The notes below the pieces were generated by a model. That model saw nothing but the letters and a program-made list of their open reading frames with translations. It searched no databases and was not told the DNA's origin. A program made the position numbers and the translations under genes. Below, in pieces: positions 13,730 through 24,417 of a DNA stretch of 64,000 nt. The DNA is from Lama guanicoe. Lineage: Eukaryota. The stretch lies in the NCBI GenBank assembly GCA_013239625.1, contig MU053934.1:2622399-2686398 (forward strand). The letters are read 5' to 3'. Each line of letters opens with the position of its first letter. Position 1 is the first letter of the stretch.

Positions 13730-14284
13730 AAGAAAGCCAAGCTGAGAGAGACAGTGCAGTCCGGGAGCAAGAATGCAGCTGAAGTGTGCTCAAATAAGGC
13801 ATTGCCTAATTCGATTATGTTTGCTAGGCTGCAAAGTAATAAAACGGAGTCATCTCTTAAGCATCATCTCCTAATGTTTACTGAACAAGAAAGCAAAATT
13901 AAGATAGGAATTTCCAGGGAGAAAAGCACGTGTTTTAGGCTGAAATGTAAAGAGAATAGACCCAGAAGAAATCGATTCCTGATTATGTAACTCAGCTCTT
14001 TTGAGGGGATCCCGGGTACCCTGAGAGACTGGCCCCCCAGGAAAGACCAGGCTGGTGGCTGGAGGGAGATGCTGAGGATGGGAGGTCCCACCGGAAGGAC
14101 ACCAGGATGGAGCAGAGAGGTTGATGGGAAGAGAATTGTCAAAAGGAAGTAGAGTTGCTGGAGGCAAGCGATAGTGAAGATCTGGGTGACCTGCTGGATT
14201 TATTTCAAACTCCTCCTCCAACCTCTCCAAGCCTCCAGCTTGTTCTCCCAGTGTCCCCTTCATGGGCAGGCAGAGTGATCTTTC

Positions 14285-14532
14285 TAGCAACAGTAGAGAC
14301 TAGTGACTAGCATGTGGGCCCTAGAGCCAAGCTGCCTAGTTTTGAAGCTTAGTGTAGCCCTTCCTATGCTGTGTGACCCTGGGCAGATTACTAGCCCATT
14401 CTGAACATCCATTTCTTCATCTCCAAGTGAGGATTGAAATAGTGCCATACTCATGATTGTCATGAAGATCGAATGAACCAATGTGCCGGGCACATAGTAG
14501 ATTCTCAGTTAGCATGAGGTGTTGTCATTATT
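14285..14532 (+). mobile_element. Near full-length MIR SINE
   Basis: agagccaagctgcctag...gctgtgtgaccctgggcag...ttgtcatgaagatcgaatga...tgccgggcacatagtag. Confidence 0.8.
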
Positions 14533-17500
14533 TGACCCTTGTGTATATGACCCCCATTTCTAAAAACCGTGAGTGGAGGCTCTTGGTTGCCTTCAGAGGA
14601 AAGATTGGCATTTGAGGTGTTTTGTGATCTGGCCTCTGCTGGACTTTCTAGTTTTCTGTATCACTGCTCTGTCTGTCCATCCCTGAATTCCCACTGGACT
14701 CAATGACCAGCAGCTCCTACCAGCACCTTGCTTTTTACTCTCTGCGTTTTGCTGGTACTTCTTCCTCTGCCAGGACCTCCCACTCTTGCCCGTATGCCAC
14801 GTGGAGTCAGCTTTGAGACTCAACACCCTCCTTGGAGAGAATTTTCTGACCCTTTTGTCCACCCTGGAATTCACTGCTCCCTCTCTTGTGCCTGTACTGA
14901 GCCCTCCAGAGGGTTTGCCCAGGTTCCTTCATAATTTCATTGTTTTGAGCTGTTCACATGACCGTCCCCCTCACTCGACAGTTAGGACATAGGCCCTGCT
15001 GTTTCTGAACTCCCTGTCCTGCCCACTTCTTAGCATCGTGCCTTCGTGCTGCTGAATGGATCTGGAGCATTAAAAAAGGAGAACGTGCGGGCCAGAAGTG
15101 GCCCCCACAACCTGCTATTGTTATAAGTGAGCGCATGCCCCTTTATGGGGAAATGTGAAGTCCATGCAGAACCGTGAAAGGCTGTTCCGATTATCTCGCT
15201 GGTTAAAATCCTTTGAGACGAAGAGCCGGGGAGGGAGCGCTGCCTTTGCCTTCCCATCGCTTCTGTAACTGGGAGGAAGAAAGCGAGGGTTCGTGTTTCT
15301 CCTTCGAGAAATTAGGTCACTGGGTGTTGTTAAGTGTGCCTTACAGAGCTATGCTAATCAGTTCTCTTCTGGCCTAAATATCTGGTAATTATCTTGGTTT
15401 TTTGCTTTGCCAGACTCGGCTTCCTAAAACAGTTCATCTACGCTGTTCCTTCTCAAAGCCTTCAGGGAAGAGGTTAACCACCGCCACCAAACAGCAAGGC
15501 TCCCAGCTCCAGCCCCGTGCCCAGTGCTGTTCCAAGTGTTTCAGGCCCACAGACTCCTCAGATCTCCGCACAATCTGGGAGGCAGGTGATACCATTATCC
15601 CCAGTTTACAGGCTGGGGACCGAGGCTCACTGCTTCTGGGGACTTTGGCGCCTCTGCGTGGCTCTCAGACCCCTTCTTCCTCCTCATCCTTATCTCCCAG
15701 CTCCCACTCCCAGTCTTCATTCTGGTCATGCAGAGCACGTGGATTCCCAGGCATAAACCCGAGCTCCAGGGTGATGGTGACCCAGGGTCCCTGCCTCCCT
15801 GTGCTCTTGCCCACCCAACCCAGGATGCCCGCCTACCTCCCATCTGTATCCCCCATGCATCCTCCAAGGTGTGGCTTGCGTCCTGACTTGGCCAGAAAGT
15901 TCTCTCTGAGCTCCTGTTGCACTCGGTGTCCAAACCACCTGCTTTAATGTTAGGCGGCCCAGGGGTGGTGTGCGCATGCTTGTGTGTGCGTGATTGGGTG
16001 TGTATGTGTGTATGTGTGCATGCTTGTGTGATCACTTCCTTTCCATATTTAGATTATTAACTATATGAATGTAGGTATCAAGTCTCTCTCTCTCTCTCTG
16101 CTTCTCAGCTCCAACAGAACACTGATCAAACTAGAAGATTCTCCTGACATGCTTCATTCATTAAGAAAAAAAAGCAACAGCAAACATTTATTAAACATCT
16201 ACTGTATACCAGACACCATAACCAGCACTGGGGTGCTGGGCTAGACCCTGACTGACTGTTGATGGACAAGCAAATGTGAAGAGAGAATTAAGGAAAAACC
16301 AATAGATTCGTGCCCATGTAGTTTTTGAAACCCAAAGTTCCACAATGCCAAGTTTGACCTAACTTACCAAATCATGCTGTAAATTACAAATAAAGTTAAA
16401 TATGAAGTAGAAATATAGATTATATAGCTTAACACCTTCTGACTAGTTGGCTTGTTTGGAGAGATCTATTTTTAAGTTTGTATCTTTGTAACAGGGCAAT
16501 CTTGCTGGGCTGTGATGCAAAGAATGATTATCATAATAACCGTATAATTGAGCTTTTAAAATACAAGGCTTCACTTACAAGTTGCTTAATGTCCAGACCA
16601 CCCTCCCAGGACGGGACTCCTCATACCTACCACTCTGAAGGGGAAACTGAGGCTTAGTGAGTTTACATCATTTGCCCATGAGGCAGGGCAGCCAGAATTG
16701 CAGGTTAGGTCCAAAATCTATATTCTTTACTGATTTCTATCTCTCTACTTCTGAAGTTCTAAAGTTATAGAGAGATATTTTGACCTTGTAGTAATATATT
16801 TTCTGTAAGGCCAGAAATAAATAAGTGAAAATTAATCTGACAATCTCCAAGCAGGCTGAAAAATACCTCTATGTTCCCCTTGGATTCGACCCCCATAATG
16901 GTTCCGCTCATTGACAGCTGATTGGTTTAAATAATTCATAGCCTCTCCTGAGGCCGTTGCTTAGAGTCGGCATTTGCTTGATGAGGGCTGTGACTGATGG
17001 GAGATTACAGGCTGACATGTTCCAGAGAGAGGCTCAAACAGTCACCTCCCCCAGCATCTTAAGGCAAATCTCTGTTAGGATCTCACTCTTTTGTAAAGCA
17101 ATTTTGGGGTATTCTGAACATACGTGTGTTCCTAGCTTTCCTGTGACCAAAGGGAGAGGGTTGGCCATGTTTTCTGGGACACCTGGAGACATCTGCACCC
17201 TAAGTTACTGCTCTGGCTGGAGCTGCACACTCCAAAGGTCTGCATGGAGCCCCCGCCTCCTGGTTCTCTAGGATGGAGCTTCATCGCCTGGTACAAATAT
17301 CTCCTGCTATTAATATGGGGGGAACTCCAAGTTCTCCCAGCTGCTTGCCCAGGACTCATGGGCAAAATGGCCAGCCTCTTTGAAGAGAAGAGAAAAGAGG
17401 TATGTTCCTGGAGGTAAGAGGTTCGAGATGGGGAGAGGGGCTGAGAGGGGTAAGATGGTGGTAACCAAAATAAAAGGGCACTTTTGAAGGAGGGCACTAA

Positions 17501-17924
17501 GGAGTGATGGGAAGAAAGAAACAGACCAAATTCTCAGAAAGAGAAAAAACACTTCCTCGGACCAGTAAGAGAGAGAAGATGAACACAGACCTCGAAGCTA
17601 CACCTGTTGGGAAAACCTGTCAGGGAAGCCAGGAAGGGGCACCAGGTGGGGCTACCTTCTGAGTAGTGCAGGAGACTGAGAAACCACAAGCAGTGAAGGG
17701 GCTTCCACAGGCTGGCTTCAGAAAGGCTCTGTGCAGATAGCAGCCACTCTGATTAGCTGGGTCTTAAGATGTCAGATTTCCCAGCTTGTTGGGGTGACCT
17801 TGAACCTGGGAGCAATTTCAGTTTCCTTCCAGTTCTCAGTTCACATGATCAGTCCTCCTTCCCCAGGCTCCCAATAAACCCTCTGCTTCCCAGGACATCA
17901 CTGCCATTATTCATCATTGGGTTC

Positions 17925-18016
17925 CCTACAGCAGGGCCCCACTCCAAACCAACTGAACCAGAACTGTGTTTGAATCAGACCCCAGGAGACTGGCACACAT
18001 TGAAGTCTGAGAGGCA
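17925..18016. mobile_element. MER5A-like hAT-Charlie fragment
   Basis: gggccccactccaaaccaactgaaccagaa...ccccaggaga...cacattgaagtctgaga. Confidence 0.55.
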
Positions 18017-19309
18017 AACCTGGGGACGGCAAGCTCCGTGCGGGGCTCAGGACGGTGCCTACCTTACTGGCTGTTCTGATCCCAAAGCACAGGGCTGGTC
18101 GTGTACTGGCACCTTAATAGACATGCATTGAAGGAGGGAAAGCATGGATCTCTGCAGAAGCAAAGATGGTGGGGGCAGGGAAGGGGGGTCCGGGAAAGAA
18201 AGGAAGGCCATCAATCAATCTGAGTAGGCTGTAAGGATTAGGAGAAGAGAGAGAAGGCTGGAAGTTGAATTCTCTGAACTCGAATGATGTCAGAACTATC
18301 GGTAAAACTCTTATGTGGACGGTAGCCTGCCTATGAGAAAGACATCTTGCAGAAGACATATATTGATCTCTTACAAATTCTTAAATGCTGCGGAAACGCA
18401 TCTCCATGGAGGGATCATTCCAGTGGGAAGAATAGTTCGGAGTAGGGTAGGCAGATGGAGGGGCAGGAGAGGGGAGAGAAGAGAAGTTTGGGTCCCAAGC
18501 CCTGGGAGAGAGCAAACGAGAACTGGCCGCCTTTCTGCTGCACTGTTGCCAAAAGATGGAGAAAGGTGAGCGCAGATGGGGAGAGAAGGGCCATGGACTC
18601 CACCCAGAGGTCCCAGCCTTTGTACCAAGACCTCTCTGGAGCAGTGCACCTTACAGTTTGTGGAGCACTAGAGTTTTCACACATGTCCCCTCAACTTGTC
18701 ACTTCCAGGAGGTGAAAAACTCAGGCAGGCGAAAGAGGTGGCAGTGTGCTTCTGGAAGGGGGATATGCCGTGAATAAGGAGGACAGGGTGATTTGATAGA
18801 GGCGTCCCATATGAATTTTTCTACATTGCACTTGACGGTGGGTGGGTCACAGGGCTTGGGGCCGCTGGTGGCCATCCTCCCTCATGATCAAGTTGAAGAC
18901 AGACTTGGTGGCACCCGTGCTTGACCAGGTCAGCCCTGGTGATGGAAGAGATGGCCTAGCTGGTACCCACTTTGCAGCTGAGAGCTGTGGGCTACTGTTG
19001 GTCCCGGCTGAGGGTGCCACGTGGTGGGCTCAGACCAGGCTGTGTTCTTAGCTCTCCTACCTATGAGCAGGAGGAAGGGCAACCATGGGAAAACTATTCC
19101 ACCTTCTGGCTCCTGCTTTCTCCAGATAAAGCCAGGATACACTCACTCATTCTCTTTTAATTCTTAAACCTTACCTGTGATTGGGACCCTAGTGCAGGCC
19201 ACTGAAAGAGCTGGATTGAACACAGGAAGTTTGACTCCCTAGGCCATGCTCTGACTCTCTGTGCCAGGCTGCAGGGGAGAGGGGGCGATGGAGGCTCCAA
19301 GTGGGCACT

Positions 19310-19655
19310 CTGGAGCTGGACTTGAATCCCCGCTTCCTGCTAATTAAGGCTGTGTGGCCTTGATCAAGTCACTTAATCTCTCTGAGCCTCAGTTTCCTCA
19401 TCTGTAAGACAAGTTTAAGTATATATTTATGCTGCCATAATTTTATGTGTATGCTGCCAGTCTAAGTTCGGGCTTGCAGGGGCTCCCAACACAGTCGTAA
19501 TGAAAGGTACTCATAATAACATCTCTGTCTCAATAATCTAACAATAACTGTCTCAAAAGTTGTTCTGGAGATTAAAATGAGGCTCTACAAGTCAGTCATT
19601 TAGAACTGTGCCTGGAATACAGTAAGTGCTCAATCAATGCTCACTCTCATTATTC
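19310..19655 (+). mobile_element. MIR SINE split by a ~125-bp non-MIR insert (~19411-19535)
   Basis: 5' half ends ctcagtttcctcatctgtaa at ~19408; 3' half resumes ...ttgttctggagattaaaatgag...tgcctggaatacagtaagtgctcaat. Confidence 0.75.
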
Positions 19656-22600
19656 ATAGGGTTGGTGAGAGGATGAAACAAAGTCATTTTGTTCTCTGTC
19701 TTGATTTTCTGATGATGGCTTTCAGAATCTGCAAGATCATTCTATATCCAAAGATTCCAAGATGCGAGATCAAAAATGAATAGCCCTTTCCCCGCTCCTC
19801 CTTCTCTGACCCAACAGGTAAGCTCCGATCAGATTCTAAAGCCAGGTGGGACTGAATTCCATCCTGTGACACACACACTCCACTTTTTTATGTTGACTTT
19901 TCTCAGAGCACTGGGAGTACTTCCAAGATGGCGAGTCTCACTGTCTGGATAACAGTAGTAAGAATCATGTGCCATCAAACATCCAGGTGGCCCGTTGGGC
20001 TACTTTAGGGTTCTGATGTCACCCTGCAAGTGGAAGGCACAGCTGTCATAGCAGTGTCAGGGCTCCAAAGTACCCAGCACACACTCCCTGACTGCTGTTT
20101 CTCTCTCCTGCCTTAAACCTGTTCCCTTGTGACTGCAGCATCCTGCCCTACCTCTTCTCTCTCCGTAGGGAGATATTTGAAAAAGAGAGAGAAGGAAAAG
20201 AAAGGCCGGTCTTAATATTCTGTTACTACCATTAACAACAGTGACTACAGCAATAATAACACAGTAACAGGAGTGGCCACGGTTCTTCGGGAAGTGTGCC
20301 ATTGGCACTATCAAGCCGAATCCTCACAACGACCCTAGGAAATCTATGTGGCTCCCATCCCTGATTTTAGGACGCACAGAGAGATGCACTAGATTTACAT
20401 CCACATGCCTGGGCAGCGGTGGATGCTGACCAGTCACCCCAGGCCTGTGCGATACAGAACACTGTGTGGTTCCAATCCTTGTGGGGTGGGGTCCTCCTGG
20501 GATCTCTCTTGGGAAGGCCAGACATGGGATATTTGCTGCCCCACGTGCATTTTTGCAGACAAAGTTGCTCTTGCCCTTCCTGTCAGTGCACTTTGACCTT
20601 TCATTACAACTGTCTTGGAAGTCCCTCCAAACCCGAATCTAGGTTGGCGGCAGCAGATCCTTCTCTGGTTGGGACCACGGCCTTCTCTTTAGAAGAGTAT
20701 TTGCCACCTGTCCAATGCGAATGGCCACTATTGTCATGTCCCGACCACCTGTCACTCATAGATCCCAGTTTAGGACCTCATTCAACAGCACTCATTTTGC
20801 AAACAAAAAACGTGAGGCTCAGAGAGGCTAAACCATTGGCCTAAGGACACCAGCTGGCTCCAATTTAAAGTCATTCGATGCTCAGATCCACGCTGTGGAG
20901 CCCTGCCTTAGATCATCGTGTCAATATCCCCTTCCTCATGGGGCTACTGTAAGCTTGACTTGCGGGGCTCTTTGGGAAGGGGTTTGGAAGCCATGTCTTG
21001 CTCCTGAAATGCTAGATATTCTCTGCATTCTCTGTCTGTCAGAGGAAGAAATGGAGGCTTGGCGAGGTGAAGAGCCTTGATCAAGGTCCTTACGCTCAGA
21101 AGTGGAAGATGCAGACCGCCCTCTAGCCCAGATTCTCTGCCTCCACATCCAGCGCCACTTTCTCTACCCCACTGCTGGGAACACCTGGGGCCAGCCTCAG
21201 TGAGCGCCCTGGATAAACGGCAGGGACTTCGTTTCCCCCAGCTGCCTGGTGGAAGACTTGTCCCTCTTTCTGCTTCTTATAATATGAAGTGTGTGTGTAT
21301 CTGTCTCTGTGCATGTATGCACACACTCGCACGCGTGTGTGTATTTAAAAAATCCTTTTTGTCAGCACCAGATTCATCTGAAATTGCAGCAAGAATAATA
21401 CTTCAGTGTCCTCTTTACTCTTCCTGGTTCTAACAATCTTACAGTATCAAACAGCCTCCGCTTCAGAGCAAAAATAATAATGAATGACTTAAAATAACTC
21501 TGCTGAAGAAACTGAAGGTTTGATTTGAATTGCAGAGAGAATGACTCCCTTTTTGTTCTCTCTCTTCATTTCCTGGTGACGACGGCTTTCAGAATCTGCA
21601 AGATCCTTCTATATCCTAAGATTCTGAGAGTCAAGAAAAACCAGTCAAGTTATCTGATCTAAAAGTGTTATTTGTCAGGTATCTATCCTGGTAATTCCAA
21701 AATACCACCAATGTCTTCTTAAGAATAAGAAGCATTGATGTTCTAGTCTCTCCTTTAAGCATTCTCTGGTCCACGGAGAACGATACGGTTTCCCCACCTC
21801 TGTACTGTCCACACGTGCATCTTCCTCTGGGATGATCAGACTGGTCCATATGCCGCAGAAGCCTATTACAAGCTTATCCCATTAATCACTGTGAGCCACA
21901 TCAATAGAAGGGAATTCTCGGAAGAAGCTGAAATGCAGATTTAACCAATGTAGCCCTATCTAAGCAGATTCATTATAACTCCTTACATAGGTCCCCAGAG
22001 GACATGGCAGGTCATGGGTGTACTGTACGTTTCAATAGAAACCCTACTTAACCCACATGGGCATAAATGAAACTGAAATTACCAGAGAAATATACACTGG
22101 TGTTTGCTGACCCTGTGGCTCTCTGTTCAATCATAATAAAGTTCTGCGGATTTAATCAATTTTCTCTGTAGAGCTTCACAGCAGACGGAGCTGTGAATTG
22201 CCCATTTCTGTTTTGGCTTTGAGAATAGTTCTGTTCAACCAAGTAGCCAATGAGAACGCAGCTAATTAATAAAAGTACATTCCTTTTAGGTACAATTTAG
22301 AGTATTATTGTGGTTCGACTGCCCCATGATTGCATGGATTCAAACAAAGCCAGTGTGGAGGTTGCTAAAATGAACTTATTACTCAGCTTTTATTTACAAA
22401 ATGTATTTTGAAGCACCAAGTCATGTGGTGATCATGCCATGATGATGCTGGTGGTTGGAGAGAAGAGGGAATTGGTGTTGGGTTTGTTGATGAGTGGAAA
22501 CCCGAAGGGGAGGTGGGCTGCTCACCAGACATACGTCCCAGGTGGAATGAGGCCACATCAAGTTATGGAACTGTTACATTCCCAAACGCCAACCTAGCTT

Positions 22601-22844
22601 GCAAAGTACAGAAGAGTGAATTGCATCCTGTGCTGGTGGAGATTTAAGACACCTAATTCGGGGTAAGAGTAAGAAAACCTTACTTTGTCTAATGTTACAT
22701 GAGGGGAGCCAGCAAGTTAATGGAATCGGGAGGTAATGACCACAACTCAGTTCAAGTTTTAACCCCTGTGTGATTCAAAGTTGCTTCCTCATTCTCCTCC
22801 ACCTCTGATCTTAGAGAATCAGCCCACTTTCTAGATCACCTTCT

Positions 22845-23270
22845 AGACCTACCCTCTGTCCACACACATTCACACTTGACCCAGTTCCCCCTTCTATCCA
22901 AAGACTCGACCCAATTCTCGAGCCTTCTCCCCCACAGTTCTGACCCAATTCTCTCATCATTTCCACAAAGACGTGACCCAATTTGCCTCCATCCTTCCCC
23001 ATGCACATGCGATAACGTTCCCCCTACACCTCCCCACACTACGGATCTGACCTAATTTCCGCCTCCATGCTAATCATTCACACCTGTTCCCCACCTTGCA
23101 TCCCAATGGAGCGGAGCCAGAACCATTACCTCCTCATCCTGCACACAGGACACTAGCCCCTTCTCTAAAAGTGCTGAAGACCCAGCTTCACTTCTGCACG
23201 TCAACCTTCTCTCTGCTTGAGGACACTCACGGGGATGATGTGACTTGACCTGATTCTCCCACTCCACAAG
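22845..23270. repeat. Degenerate tandem array, ~30-38 bp period, core (T/C)GACCYARTT
   Basis: GACC cores at 22846, 22878, 22908, 22942, 22975, 23049 and 23247, with C-rich linkers. Confidence 0.7.
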
Positions 23271-24233
23271 CCCTACTCAGGCCACCCATCTCCTTGCCCC
23301 TGCTCTTCCCAAGGACACGCTGTTTGTGTCATTGCTGGAACGTCCAGCCCTCCGACACAGCCAACATTCCCAGTTAAAGTCTGCAGCACAACCCAGAGCG
23401 CGCAATTACCGTGGGACCTGGCATGGCCAGGGGAAACGGCACAGCTGCCTGTGACTTCATCTGATATGCAGTTATTAGGTTAGTCTTAAAGAAATGGTCT
23501 TGTTGACAGCATATCTGTCAGCACTTTGAATTTTCTTTTTCTATAAAAAATATGATGTGTGAATAGTTCCAGTGAAGTGGGGTGACTGACAGTCAGGGAC
23601 TAAAGGTCTTTATTGGAAAGTGTGGAAAAGAGCAAATAAATGCACCTGCCACTGAACACCCCCCTCGCCATGTCAGTAAGACTCCTGAAGAGGTTATAGG
23701 AGATGACTCTCCGTGGACTCCTCATTCTTGGCTGCTACCTAGTTAAAAAGTAAATATGCTTCAATTATCACAAATGATTTTTATTTATCCACTGGAACCA
23801 GACCACAATCATGTATGCATTTTATAAAAGCTGCTAAAGAGCCATCAGGTGACAAGGGCATTACGTACTATCAATTTTGGGCACTAATTTGGATGAATAA
23901 CCTTGGGGCAGGGGCGACTGGTTGAGGGAAGACTGGAGAGGGCTTTTGTGCACTGCTCTAGTTTCCATAACTGTCCATTCATCCTGTCTAAATGTCCACT
24001 AACGCTTGATGCAGAAAGAGTCCATCACACTTTCTTTTTCTCTGAACTTGGTTGAGTTGGGGCGATACTTAGGGTGGAAGTAGGATTAGAAATAGTTGTT
24101 GTTTTAAAAAAATCTAGCATATTGATGGGAATAGGATTTTTCTTCTAAAATGAAGTCATGCAAGTTGAGAGGCTTTGGATACTGTGAAGAATGTTCCAAA
24201 TGTTAGCCATTGTTACGAAGTCAATACCCAGTA

Positions 24234-24417
24234 TCATCATAATCAGCACCACCATCTTCATGGCTACCTCTTCATCACTGTCACCATCAGCATCATCACT
24301 ACCAGCTCCATCACCACCAGTTTCAACCCAATTAGTCACCTTCGGCATCACCACCACCGCCATCACCATCACCATCTTCATCACAACCTTCATTGTTACC
24401 ACTACCGTTACCACCAC
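24234..24417. repeat. Degenerate (CAC/CAT)n low-complexity repeat
   Basis: Read directly: catcataatcagcaccaccatc...caccaccaccgccatcaccatcacc. Confidence 0.9.

Noticed and set aside
15402..16035. 181-aa and 146-aa ORFs
   Set aside because: No recognisable protein similarity; they overlap MIR-like and TG-repeat sequence.
22845..23270. CRISPR-like repeat/spacer appearance
   Set aside because: Mammalian intron; cores are only ~10 bp and degenerate, and there are no cas genes. Treated as a decayed minisatellite instead.
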